Virus record (IMG/VR): IMGVR_UViG_3300023178_001963
Length of the DNA stretch: 64,000 bases
Origin: a virus
Direction: 5' to 3' (one strand)
Below, in pieces: positions 19,133-27,180 of the stretch. Position numbers and translations under genes: made by a program. The notes under the pieces were generated by a model. That model was not told where the DNA came from. It worked only from the letters and a program-made list of their open reading frames with translations, and searched no databases. The first letter of the stretch is position 1, and every line of letters begins with the position of its first letter.

Positions 19133-20225
19133 TGTTTTCTTCCTTGAACTTTGTTTTTAACCAATCAAAATCATTTATAAGATTTAATTTATCTTGTTGG
19201 TTGTGAAATTTCTCACCATATTGTTTTCCAGAGTTTGCTCCCAATAAAGCAAATTCGCCCATGTGTCTGTCTTTTCCCACAGTACACCAAGTATCTAATC
19301 TAGTATTATTTTCTTCTTCTACACTACGATTAATAATATTACTACTTAGCTTAACACATTCTCTAAAAGCACTCTTCCAAGTATTAAACGGATCAGTGTT
19401 AAATGTAGTATAGTTGGATACTGCATCCATAATTCTGAATTTATCTGATATTGACGTAGTAAAATCTATGTTCCAATGGGTTGCTTGACGTAACAATTTA
19501 GTTGGAAATAGTTTCACGCCGCCATAACCATATTCTAAATCATTGATCGGATTACGAGATTTCCAAACATGTACTGTTTCTCTATCCCATGGATCAGCAT
19601 AATAATCAAATTCAAAATCCTCTACTATCTCAGCGTCTGCATCTACGACATAAAACATATCAGTTTCTACTATCTCAGATGCTACCTTGTGAGCATTAAA
19701 AATACCCTTAACACCACGAACTCTTTTTGCGTCTGGTTCCTTTTCTAAAAGTTTATGGTAATTTTCATCAGCAAAAGGTTCATTATAACTCAAATAAACA
19801 ATATCATATTTTTTATCAACTGTAACATAATGAACATTACTTTTGTGTTCTTTGTAATGTCCTTTTTTAAAATACAAACTGTTATCAAAATCATCTAAGT
19901 CATAATTTTTGTGTATAAGTTTAACCCCAATAGACATTGAATAGTTATTTCTTAGATCCGTATACCAAACATGTGATAACTTATTATCCCAAACTTCAGG
20001 GATCATGTTCCAATTAAAATCATCGTTGACTTGTGTTTCAGGATCAATCACCCACATATATTCTGTATTACTCAACTTTTGTATTTTGGTCACTGCTTCT
20101 TTTATTTGATTGTTATCTGAAATTTTAACCATGCGAACATTAGGCATTTTTTCCCTAATACGTTTGTACTTTGAAAATTCTTCTTTGCAATAATCAAGTG
20201 TTATAAAAAAACAATCGTAAGCCAT
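19125..20225 (-). CDS. GT-A-like glycosyltransferase with an internally duplicated domain
   Basis: YDIVYLSYNEP, GVKGIFNAH, FYVVDADA (DxD), YGYGGVKL, AFRECVKL; degenerate N-terminal copy (MWVIDPET...HVW). Confidence 0.65.
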   Translation of the reverse strand: MAYDCFFITLDYCKEEFSKYKRIREKMPNVRMVKISDNNQIKEAVTKIQKLSNTEYMWVIDPETQVNDDFNWNMIPEVWDNKLSHVWYTDLRNNYSMSIGVKLIHKNYDLDDFDNSLYFKKGHYKEHKSNVHYVTVDKKYDIVYLSYNEPFADENYHKLLEKEPDAKRVRGVKGIFNAHKVASEIVETDMFYVVDADAEIVEDFEFDYYADPWDRETVHVWKSRNPINDLEYGYGGVKLFPTKLLRQATHWNIDFTTSISDKFRIMDAVSNYTTFNTDPFNTWKSAFRECVKLSSNIINRSVEEENNTRLDTWCTVGKDRHMGEFALLGANSGKQYGEKFHNQQDKLNLINDFDWLKTKFKEENNG

Positions 20226-20248
20226 AATTATCCATATATCTTTAACGT

Positions 20249-20277
20249 ATTATAACATATTAATCGTCACTTGTAAA
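20249..20277 (-). promoter_or_regulatory. Sigma70-type promoter TTTACA-N17-TATAAT (extended -10 TG)
   Basis: Near-consensus hexamers with 17-bp spacing, 24 nt upstream of the ATG at 20225. Confidence 0.65.
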
Positions 20278-21795
20278 CACCGAAATACCATAATGTTTGG
20301 CAAAATCTTCAGCATCCTTTTCATCATTTACTATTGGTTGTCCCTTTATGTTTAATGATGTATTGACTAACATCGGACATCCTGTTTCTTTTTTGAACTT
20401 ATATAGTAATTCATATAGCTCAGGATGTTGGTCATGTCTTACAGTCTGTACACGTGATGTTCCGTCTTTGTGAATGATAGCAGGTAATTCATCAGGATAT
20501 TTACATTCAGCAACAAACTGCATATATGGGCTTTCTGTCACATTTTTTGGCATGTAAAAATAATCATTTACGTCTTCTTCTAAAATCATCGGTGCAAAAG
20601 GTCTAAACTTTTGTCTGCGTTTGATTTCATTCATACGGTCTTTAATATCATCACCACGTGGGTCTGCTGTTAATGTACGATTGCCTAGCGCACGTGGACC
20701 GAACTCTGCTCTTCCGTTTGCTATACCAACAATCTCACCACGTAATAATGCTGCTAATGCTTTCTCTACTGGATATGATCCTTTAATCTCATGTCCTAAA
20801 TAAGGTGTTTCCCAATGAATACGATTATTAAAATATTTTTGTGTAGCGCCGATACAAGAACCTGCATCACCTGGGTTAGGCATGATCCATATATTTCTAA
20901 ATGCTGCTGTGATTTTAGAGTTAGCACTACAGTTTAGCGCACAGCCTCCCATAATTATTATGTTTGTACTAAGAGACATATTTCTAGCTGTATATACAAT
21001 ACGCTCCAACATATGTTCATACACCAATTGAGTTGCGGCAGCTATATCAAACAAGTCTTGTTCTTCTTGTAGTTCTTCTAAAAACCAACGACAACCTCTA
21101 TGTAGATTTTCTTTAAATGATATTAATTTGAATACTTCTCCGCTGCGGTCTTCTAACTTAATACCAAAATCATCCATTAAATGTTGTACTAAAGTTTTTC
21201 CATTATGTCTGCGATACGGATCACCATACGCTGCCATACCCATAAGAATGTATTCGTCTTCTTGTGGCTTTAGTCCTAGTCGCTGTGTCATAGCTGAATA
21301 GAAAAGACCTACACTGTTAGGATAATCCTGAGAATATAGTTTTTCCAGTTTGTCTCCTCGACCACGCCAGATACTAAGAGTTTCAAATTCACCTATAGAA
21401 TCAATAACAACGACAGCCGCTTCCGCAAGTTTACTTGTGTAATAACCAGAGGCAGCATGTGTGTAATGATGCGATTGATATTCAATTTTGATACCTGCTA
21501 ACTGTGGGAACTTTTTCTTAATATAACGCTTGGGCATTTCGTCCCAATCAAATACAAAATCCCATTGTTGTGCTGTTGCTTGTCTAAATTTCTTTAGTAG
21601 AGGTTTTTCATACCAAGCAATAACATCTGGTTTACCATACGATAACGCAGCATTTATAATCGCATCATTTAGCAGTGGATCGTTTTTAATCTTACTGTAG
21701 CGTTCACTATGTGAAGCATATAATATGCGACCATCTTCAACAACTGATACTGCCGCATCGTGGTTTAACGCACCGCTAATTCCCATAACTCTCAT
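20260..21795 (-). CDS. O-carbamoyltransferase (NodU/CmcH/TobZ family)
   Basis: HDAAV, ERYSKIKND, HHYTHA, DSIGE, EYILMGMAAYG, GGCALN, PGDAG, EFGPRALGNR, FRPFAP, DGTSRVQTV, NTSLN. Confidence 0.95.
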   Translation of the reverse strand: MRVMGISGALNHDAAVSVVEDGRILYASHSERYSKIKNDPLLNDAIINAALSYGKPDVIAWYEKPLLKKFRQATAQQWDFVFDWDEMPKRYIKKKFPQLAGIKIEYQSHHYTHAASGYYTSKLAEAAVVVIDSIGEFETLSIWRGRGDKLEKLYSQDYPNSVGLFYSAMTQRLGLKPQEDEYILMGMAAYGDPYRRHNGKTLVQHLMDDFGIKLEDRSGEVFKLISFKENLHRGCRWFLEELQEEQDLFDIAAATQLVYEHMLERIVYTARNMSLSTNIIIMGGCALNCSANSKITAAFRNIWIMPNPGDAGSCIGATQKYFNNRIHWETPYLGHEIKGSYPVEKALAALLRGEIVGIANGRAEFGPRALGNRTLTADPRGDDIKDRMNEIKRRQKFRPFAPMILEEDVNDYFYMPKNVTESPYMQFVAECKYPDELPAIIHKDGTSRVQTVRHDQHPELYELLYKFKKETGCPMLVNTSLNIKGQPIVNDEKDAEDFAKHYGISVFTSDD

Positions 21796-21804
21796 AGGTA
21801 ACTC

Positions 21805-21918
21805 CTATTTGTAAATGAAAGGATCTCTCTTACGAAGTTCTTCCATTTTCTTCTTTAGCTGCTTTTTTCTTTTATACTCGACAAAAGGCCAAGTTATGAT
21901 TTCCCAAAGTGTTTTCAT
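21805..21918 (-). CDS. 37-aa basic microprotein upstream of the carbamoyltransferase
   Basis: Manual translation MKTLWEIITWPFVEYKRKKQLKKKMEELRKRDPFIYK*; start overlaps the upstream stop (TAATG); fills the intergenic gap. Confidence 0.75.
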   Translation of the reverse strand: MKTLWEIITWPFVEYKRKKQLKKKMEELRKRDPFIYK

Positions 21919-22649
21919 TATCCGTTTCCTGATCTTGTTCTTTCTATATCATCAAATAATATTTTTGCCCAACCATTATGTGCTTCTTTGTTTGGATGCA
22001 TATACCTTTCGTCGCCCTCTTTATCATAGTATAACTCATTATCATACATATATGTAAAGAATGTTTGTTGTTCATATAATCTAGTCATATCTATTTGCGC
22101 CATAACATTTGTCATTTCTGTTTGCTCACAAATTTCTGAAAAGATTGTAGGATCAATCAAGTTAGGTGTAAGATTTAGTGAATTAAAAATTACATATTCT
22201 AAATCAGCATTCTTAAAAAAGTTTTGAAGTGTTAAAACATTTATAAGATATTGATGGAAGTCATATGTTGGACTCCAAAAATGCTTCATGTATAAAGAAT
22301 TTAACAATGCCAATTCTTTATTAGTTTCTTCTTCGAGTCTAATGTTACCATGATATTCCGGTGACGGTATATTATGAACTAGTAGATTTTTATCTTCTAT
22401 AAAATGCTCTCTTCTGCTAGGAGCAGTCATACCTATAGCACAAAAAGGCTTCTTACCTTCTTGTAGAAAATCACTCACAGTTTTAATTGTTGTTCTTACA
22501 ATATATGTATTAGAAACGCCTCTGTCTGCTTCTGTGACAGTTTCATCTCTATCAAACCCTAACATCTCTGCTAGTTCATAAGGCCATGCAGTTTCTTTAT
22601 CTGCTAGTCCAGTTCCATATGTAAAGCTACATCCATTTGCGTATAACAT
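21918..22649 (-). CDS. SGNH/GDSL-like hydrolase or acyltransferase
   Basis: LYANGCSFTYG, GVSN, IGMTAPSRRE, C-terminal MHPNKEAH. Confidence 0.65.
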   Translation of the reverse strand: MLYANGCSFTYGTGLADKETAWPYELAEMLGFDRDETVTEADRGVSNTYIVRTTIKTVSDFLQEGKKPFCAIGMTAPSRREHFIEDKNLLVHNIPSPEYHGNIRLEEETNKELALLNSLYMKHFWSPTYDFHQYLINVLTLQNFFKNADLEYVIFNSLNLTPNLIDPTIFSEICEQTEMTNVMAQIDMTRLYEQQTFFTYMYDNELYYDKEGDERYMHPNKEAHNGWAKILFDDIERTRSGNG

Positions 22650-22675
22650 TCAAGTATCCTTTTTAACTTCGTACT

Positions 22676-22683
22676 TATTTATC
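22676..22683 (-). promoter_or_regulatory. Late-promoter-like GATAAATA heading the left enzyme operon
   Basis: Same octamer lies upstream of structural genes (41780, 56630). Confidence 0.55.
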
Positions 22684-22687
22684 TTTA

Positions 22688-22731
22688 AAAACTTGACATA
22701 TCCACGAATCATGCTATATTAATTATGTAAT
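22688..22731 (+). promoter_or_regulatory. Early sigma70-type promoter, copy 1 (TTGACA...CGAATCA...TATATT...GTAAT)
   Basis: TTGACA 22693-98, CGAATCA 22705-11, TATATT 22715-20; conserved in three copies. Confidence 0.8.
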
Positions 22732-22750
22732 CAAAGAGAAGGACTTAGTT

Positions 22751-23050
22751 ATGCAAGCAGTAGAACATAAAACATATGAAGCATATGTAGCGTACAATAC
22801 AGCACGTGGTTACGGTTATATTCCCGAAAACTTATACAATGCCATTAAAGAGCAAGAGTTAAGCACATTCAATCAGTTCTATAACGATATGATCTGGACT
22901 GCTACTGAGCCTGCTAACAAGAACAAAGACGGTACTATTAACTGGAACTTTGTTGATAGCGATATGTACATGAAATGGGGAGTGTTGCTTGACGGTGAAC
23001 TGTATACTGAATACTTTGAAAAAGCTGCAGACATTATAGAAGGTAAATAA
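22751..23050 (+). CDS. Small hypothetical phage protein (early type)
   Basis: AAGGA RBS, downstream of promoter copy 1; DGTINWNFVDSD motif. Confidence 0.75.
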   Translation: MQAVEHKTYEAYVAYNTARGYGYIPENLYNAIKEQELSTFNQFYNDMIWTATEPANKNKDGTINWNFVDSDMYMKWGVLLDGELYTEYFEKAADIIEGK

Positions 23051-23052
23051 AC

Positions 23053-24027
23053 ATGAAAAAATTCGTAGCATTAAGTTTATTAAGTCTTAGTGTATTAGGT
23101 TGTTCGCCTGATACTTCTACCATACAACAAGAAAAGCCAACAGGTGTTAATCAAAATATAGGACAAATACTTATGGCAGATAGCAAGTATGGCAACATAT
23201 TTGTTGAGAGAAATGTTGCCAAAAGTAAAGCATTTAAAATGGTAGAACATCAGGGTGAAATTGCTGCTAGAATACATCTTAGTACCTCTATGGGAGGTGC
23301 ACGTGATGATTGGTATCGTAATGGTGTAGGCGGTTTTGGACAACGTTTTGAATATGGACAACGAAAAGAAACGGCACAGCGTTTTAATAAAGAGATTTGG
23401 ACACGAATTGTTTTTTGGTTACCCAAAGGTACTGTAGCAGACGCACCTGCTACAATCTTTGATTTAAAAGAAATACGAAATAATCAAACATTCGGTCCCC
23501 TATTAAATCTTTCAGTTCGAGGTGAAGGTCTTACTATAAAACATCAGTTTAAAGAAAATGACTGTATTATTGGACGTGACGGTGACGGCGAGAATTCATT
23601 CTGTGATAAGACAGATACAATGGTATTCTTGGGTGGAACACAGCGTTATACTGGACGTTGGGTAGAATATGTAAGCCGTGCTGTTTGGTCAAATGATACT
23701 AATGGTGTATACGATGCTTGGATAGATGGTAGAAAGGTTATCGGTTATCGTGGCAATACATCATTTGGTGCTGATAGAATTGCATTTAAGTTTGGTCTAT
23801 ATCGTATTCGTATGAATGAATTTAATACCGTAAGAGACCTAGAAATATACTTTAGCAAAGTAGGCACAGCAGGTACATGTGAAACATTAGAAATAACAAA
23901 CTGTGACTCATTATATAGAACTCAAAATGTAATGGGATACCCATCAGCTACTAAAGTTTTTGAATTCGAAATGAACCAAAAAACAGATTTCATTAACAGT
24001 GGCGGGCGTGTATTAAAACGGTTTTAA
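23053..24027 (+). CDS. Predicted lipoprotein, polysaccharide lyase-like (jelly-roll) domain
   Basis: Signal peptide with lipobox VLG-C; RFE, GVYDAWIDG and FKFGLYR motifs resembling heparin lyase I/polysaccharide-lyase-like folds. Confidence 0.6.
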   Translation: MKKFVALSLLSLSVLGCSPDTSTIQQEKPTGVNQNIGQILMADSKYGNIFVERNVAKSKAFKMVEHQGEIAARIHLSTSMGGARDDWYRNGVGGFGQRFEYGQRKETAQRFNKEIWTRIVFWLPKGTVADAPATIFDLKEIRNNQTFGPLLNLSVRGEGLTIKHQFKENDCIIGRDGDGENSFCDKTDTMVFLGGTQRYTGRWVEYVSRAVWSNDTNGVYDAWIDGRKVIGYRGNTSFGADRIAFKFGLYRIRMNEFNTVRDLEIYFSKVGTAGTCETLEITNCDSLYRTQNVMGYPSATKVFEFEMNQKTDFINSGGRVLKRF

Positions 24028-24070
24028 AACTTGACAGATCCTGCGAATCACTATATATTATATATGTAAT
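24026..24070 (+). promoter_or_regulatory. Early sigma70-type promoter, copy 2
   Basis: TTGACA 24031-36, CGAATCA 24044-50, TATATT 24054-59, GTAAT 24066-70. Confidence 0.8.
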
Positions 24071-24088
24071 TGAGAGAAAGGTGACAAT

Positions 24089-24340
24089 ATGTTTCGTATC
24101 CCAGCTTTTAACAAATTTGATATGACTTTTGAAGAAGCAAAAGTGACTATGACACATTATGGTCGTGGCGACTTGCTTGAAGGCATGATGGCTATGGATC
24201 GTGTTTGGGAAGAACACTGCGCAAGTTATGGCAGTGACAATGCTCGTTTTGATAGTGACAGTGACTTCTACGAATGGTATGAAGCAGAAGTGAATGCTTA
24301 CAACAAAGTGTTCGAAACAATGAAACCTTTATTCGCATAA
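24089..24340 (+). CDS. Small acidic hypothetical phage protein
   Basis: AAAGGTG RBS; follows promoter copy 2. Confidence 0.75.
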   Translation: MFRIPAFNKFDMTFEEAKVTMTHYGRGDLLEGMMAMDRVWEEHCASYGSDNARFDSDSDFYEWYEAEVNAYNKVFETMKPLFA

Positions 24341-24350
24341 GGAGAGAGAT

Positions 24351-24545
24351 ATGCAGACAATTTATCGGGATTCACCAAACGGAAACGCTTTCTACATCTT
24401 AGGTGTAGCAGTTCAGTTGATGAAAGATTTAGGTTATGCTTCGCAAGATGCCGAAGCTGTGCTTGACGAAATGAAGTCAGGTGACTATGAGGATCTTGTT
24501 TCTGTTTTTAATCAAACATTCTGTGACTATGCGGAGGTAGTGTAA
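24351..24545 (+). CDS. Small hypothetical phage protein (xPxGNAF motif)
   Basis: AAGGAG RBS; SPNGNAFYILG...EMKSGDYEDLV. Confidence 0.75.
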   Translation: MQTIYRDSPNGNAFYILGVAVQLMKDLGYASQDAEAVLDEMKSGDYEDLVSVFNQTFCDYAEVV

Positions 24546-24736
24546 TGAATATAGACTTTAATAAAATTGATAATGTAGAAGTAGCATGTATTGACATGGC
24601 AGACTATCCTGACTTCTGCGATGCGTATATCGAAAGCTGTGACATTGATGGTGTTCCTGCTACTGAGGAAGAACTAGATGCTATCAATGATAATGGTGAC
24701 TTTGTTGCTGAGTGTGTATGGGATGCAATCTACTAA
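24545..24736 (+). CDS. Small acidic hypothetical phage protein
   Basis: GGAGG RBS, TAATG coupling; DYPDFCDAYI motif. Confidence 0.75.
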   Translation: MNIDFNKIDNVEVACIDMADYPDFCDAYIESCDIDGVPATEEELDAINDNGDFVAECVWDAIY

Positions 24737-24778
24737 AACTTGACAAGATAGCGAATCGTGCTATATTAATAGAGTAAT
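24735..24778 (+). promoter_or_regulatory. Early sigma70-type promoter, copy 3
   Basis: TTGACA 24740-45, CGAATCG 24752-58, TATATT 24762-67, GTAAT 24774-78. Confidence 0.8.
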
Positions 24779-24796
24779 CACAGAGAGGACTTAAAC

Positions 24797-25537
24797 ATGA
24801 TTAATGCTCGTTCATTTGCTGATGAAACTTTAAAACTAAAACCATCAGTTTTCTACGATAATCCTGTTACTAAAACTGAGTTACTTGCGCTTGCTATCGT
24901 TGCTCAAAAGATTAACGGTGAGTATATCAAACGTGGCGGCCATTCGGACTTCATAGAAGATGAAGACGGAAACAGTCAATATGTATTAGTCAAGCAAAGT
25001 AACCGCTTTGTTATGGAAACCATCCAACAGTTAGACGGCGATGCTCTTTCTACTGATGTTATGATAGAAGCTGAAGAAATGATGAAGAATCTAGAACTTG
25101 ACTACATGTTCAAAGTTTTAGGAGATCAATTGAATGACTTTGAAACAAGCATTCAGCAGTTTCTTTCCGATGATGAAGAACTTTCTCCTCGCCATCATAT
25201 TGGTGTTGTTGCTTACATCCCAGCATATGTTGAGCGTGAAGAAACACAGAAGCGTTTGGCAGAACGTTCAGTTGGTTCTGAGCATATCGGTTCTAAAGGT
25301 GATACTGTGTCTACTGAAATTGAAATTATTTCTAAGCGTCCAGCAACAGCATGGGCAGGATATAATATTAATGCTATTACGACTGATGGTAATCGTGTTT
25401 CATTCTTTACTACAAAAGATTATATAGCAAATAAAAAAGGTTCTTTTAAAATTACAGGAAAAGTAAAAGATTTGGGACGTGTTTGGAACAATGAGACAAT
25501 CAAAGAGACTCGACTGAACTACGTTAAGATTGTCTAA
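24797..25537 (+). CDS. Hypothetical phage protein with probable C-terminal OB-fold
   Basis: GAGGA RBS; C-terminal beta-rich HIGSKGD...ITGKVK...ETRLNYVK. Confidence 0.6.
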   Translation: MINARSFADETLKLKPSVFYDNPVTKTELLALAIVAQKINGEYIKRGGHSDFIEDEDGNSQYVLVKQSNRFVMETIQQLDGDALSTDVMIEAEEMMKNLELDYMFKVLGDQLNDFETSIQQFLSDDEELSPRHHIGVVAYIPAYVEREETQKRLAERSVGSEHIGSKGDTVSTEIEIISKRPATAWAGYNINAITTDGNRVSFFTTKDYIANKKGSFKITGKVKDLGRVWNNETIKETRLNYVKIV

Positions 25538-26519
25538 GAAAGTTATTATACATGTGTTCTCCTACTTTTTTATGAAATATAGGGCTAGGATGGCTGATAA
25601 ATTTCTTATAAAAGTTTTGTTGAAAATTTTCTGGACTGTGAACGTGTTCATTAAAGATTAAATCACTATCTAAAATATCAAGGGATTTACTTATATCAGC
25701 TGGCTGTAAATCCCTTGCAAAACCATATGTATGTGTAGTTATTTTTGGTAAATCTAAAAACCATGGTTCTTCAAAATAATATTTTATGTTATATTCTTTA
25801 CAGATATCTAATATACTATTCTTATAAAAATCGTATCTCAATATTTCATCATAAAAAAACTTTTCTATTTGTTTAAGAGTATAACCGTGTTCCATTTCTT
25901 TGAACCTCTCTACACCCATATTTTTGTTTCTGTTTTTTAAATCATCTAATATAGTCAACATTAAGGGCCTGTAAAAAGTATTACCTTCAAATGTTCTTTT
26001 CTGTTCTGCTCTACCTTCAAAAAAACCAAGCATTATAATATGGCTAGGAGGATGTTCTACAAACTTTACCCAATTCAAAAAAATTCTATAGGCTGTGTTT
26101 ATACCAGTACCACTAAGTCCATAGTTGATAATTTTTTGATCTGTGAAATTTTGTAGAATACTGGTCCATCTTCGACTCTCTGGGACTCCTATCCCTTCAG
26201 TATAGCTACAACCAAAACACCAGATTTCATTTTTAGTATTTTTATCAGTATAGTTGTGTTTGCTTCTAAAATCGTAATTGTTATATTTGTACGTCCAATT
26301 ACAGAATTCTTCTATAGTATAATCATCTATACCAATGGTAAAAAGTTTACTTAATAGTTCTGGTTGTGATTTACTATATTTTTTTACTATTTCGACGGTT
26401 CTATCTTCAGCACAATTGTCATTGCCAAACTTTCCATGGTCAGTAAATTCTTCTACTAACTTACTTTTTATTTCTCTACCGTAAGATGGATAAATTCCAC
26501 GCCCATATAATTCTATCAT
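25524..26519 (-). CDS. SGNH/GDSL-like hydrolase or acyltransferase
   Basis: YNNYDFRS...IWCFGCSYTEGIG, NYGLSGTG, C-terminal SHPSPIFH. Confidence 0.6.
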   Translation of the reverse strand: MIELYGRGIYPSYGREIKSKLVEEFTDHGKFGNDNCAEDRTVEIVKKYSKSQPELLSKLFTIGIDDYTIEEFCNWTYKYNNYDFRSKHNYTDKNTKNEIWCFGCSYTEGIGVPESRRWTSILQNFTDQKIINYGLSGTGINTAYRIFLNWVKFVEHPPSHIIMLGFFEGRAEQKRTFEGNTFYRPLMLTILDDLKNRNKNMGVERFKEMEHGYTLKQIEKFFYDEILRYDFYKNSILDICKEYNIKYYFEEPWFLDLPKITTHTYGFARDLQPADISKSLDILDSDLIFNEHVHSPENFQQNFYKKFISHPSPIFHKKVGEHMYNNFLRQS

Positions 26520-26523
26520 AGGA

Positions 26524-27168
26524 TTATTTATAATGACTATACAATGCCTGTGCTAATTCAAACTCTTCCAATTCATCAATATCGATAGCTTCGAATTGAT
26601 TCATATTAAAATATTCGAACTCCATTGGTATCATGTATTTTGCTTCTCTTAAATCTTTCATCTTACAGACTGTACCTGCATATGGAAACATATATACTGG
26701 ATCTATTCCTTGACTGTATGGATGCCAAAGACCGAATGTAAAATTAATAGGTCTTTTATTAACATCCAAATAATAATGTGAACTATTGTGTACAGCAATA
26801 TGGTTCTTTCCTGTATTCTTATATACATTATATAATTCATCATATCTTTTAAACAGAGGACAACAAACAAATGTATAAATTACATCTTGGTCATCTTCAA
26901 CTGGTACACCGTTATATATCTGTTCTAATACATATGTAAATCTAGTTACATTGTTACAATATTCAGAATCACGTTGAACATACGTGACATTTTCTGTATT
27001 AGATACTTCTGTATCATCTGTGCTAATATAAACGTGTTCTGCTCCGGCTGCAAACAATTGTTCTAGTTTTACATCTACAAGAGATTTACCATCGTAAAAC
27101 TCCATATGATGTTTACCGGGTAATCTTTCACTACTCTTTTTATAATTAGTTACACCTACAAATCCCAT
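26524..27168 (-). CDS. Acylneuraminate/KDO cytidylyltransferase-like (CMP-sugar synthetase) protein
   Basis: KKSSERLPGK (cf. RxGSKRxPxK), YISTDD, CCPL, IDIDELEEFELA. Confidence 0.8.
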   Translation of the reverse strand: MGFVGVTNYKKSSERLPGKHHMEFYDGKSLVDVKLEQLFAAGAEHVYISTDDTEVSNTENVTYVQRDSEYCNNVTRFTYVLEQIYNGVPVEDDQDVIYTFVCCPLFKRYDELYNVYKNTGKNHIAVHNSSHYYLDVNKRPINFTFGLWHPYSQGIDPVYMFPYAGTVCKMKDLREAKYMIPMEFEYFNMNQFEAIDIDELEEFELAQALYSHYK

Positions 27169-27180
27169 ATTATACCTTTC

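Noticed and set aside
22751-24736. Small island ORFs as RiPP precursor peptides for the radical SAM enzymes
   Set aside because: They are on the opposite strand under a different promoter class, resemble generic phage early proteins and show no leader/core pattern.
22688-24778. CRISPR-like or attachment-site interpretation of the three repeated ~45-bp elements
   Set aside because: They are degenerate, separated by whole genes and have -35/-10 structure, so they are promoters.
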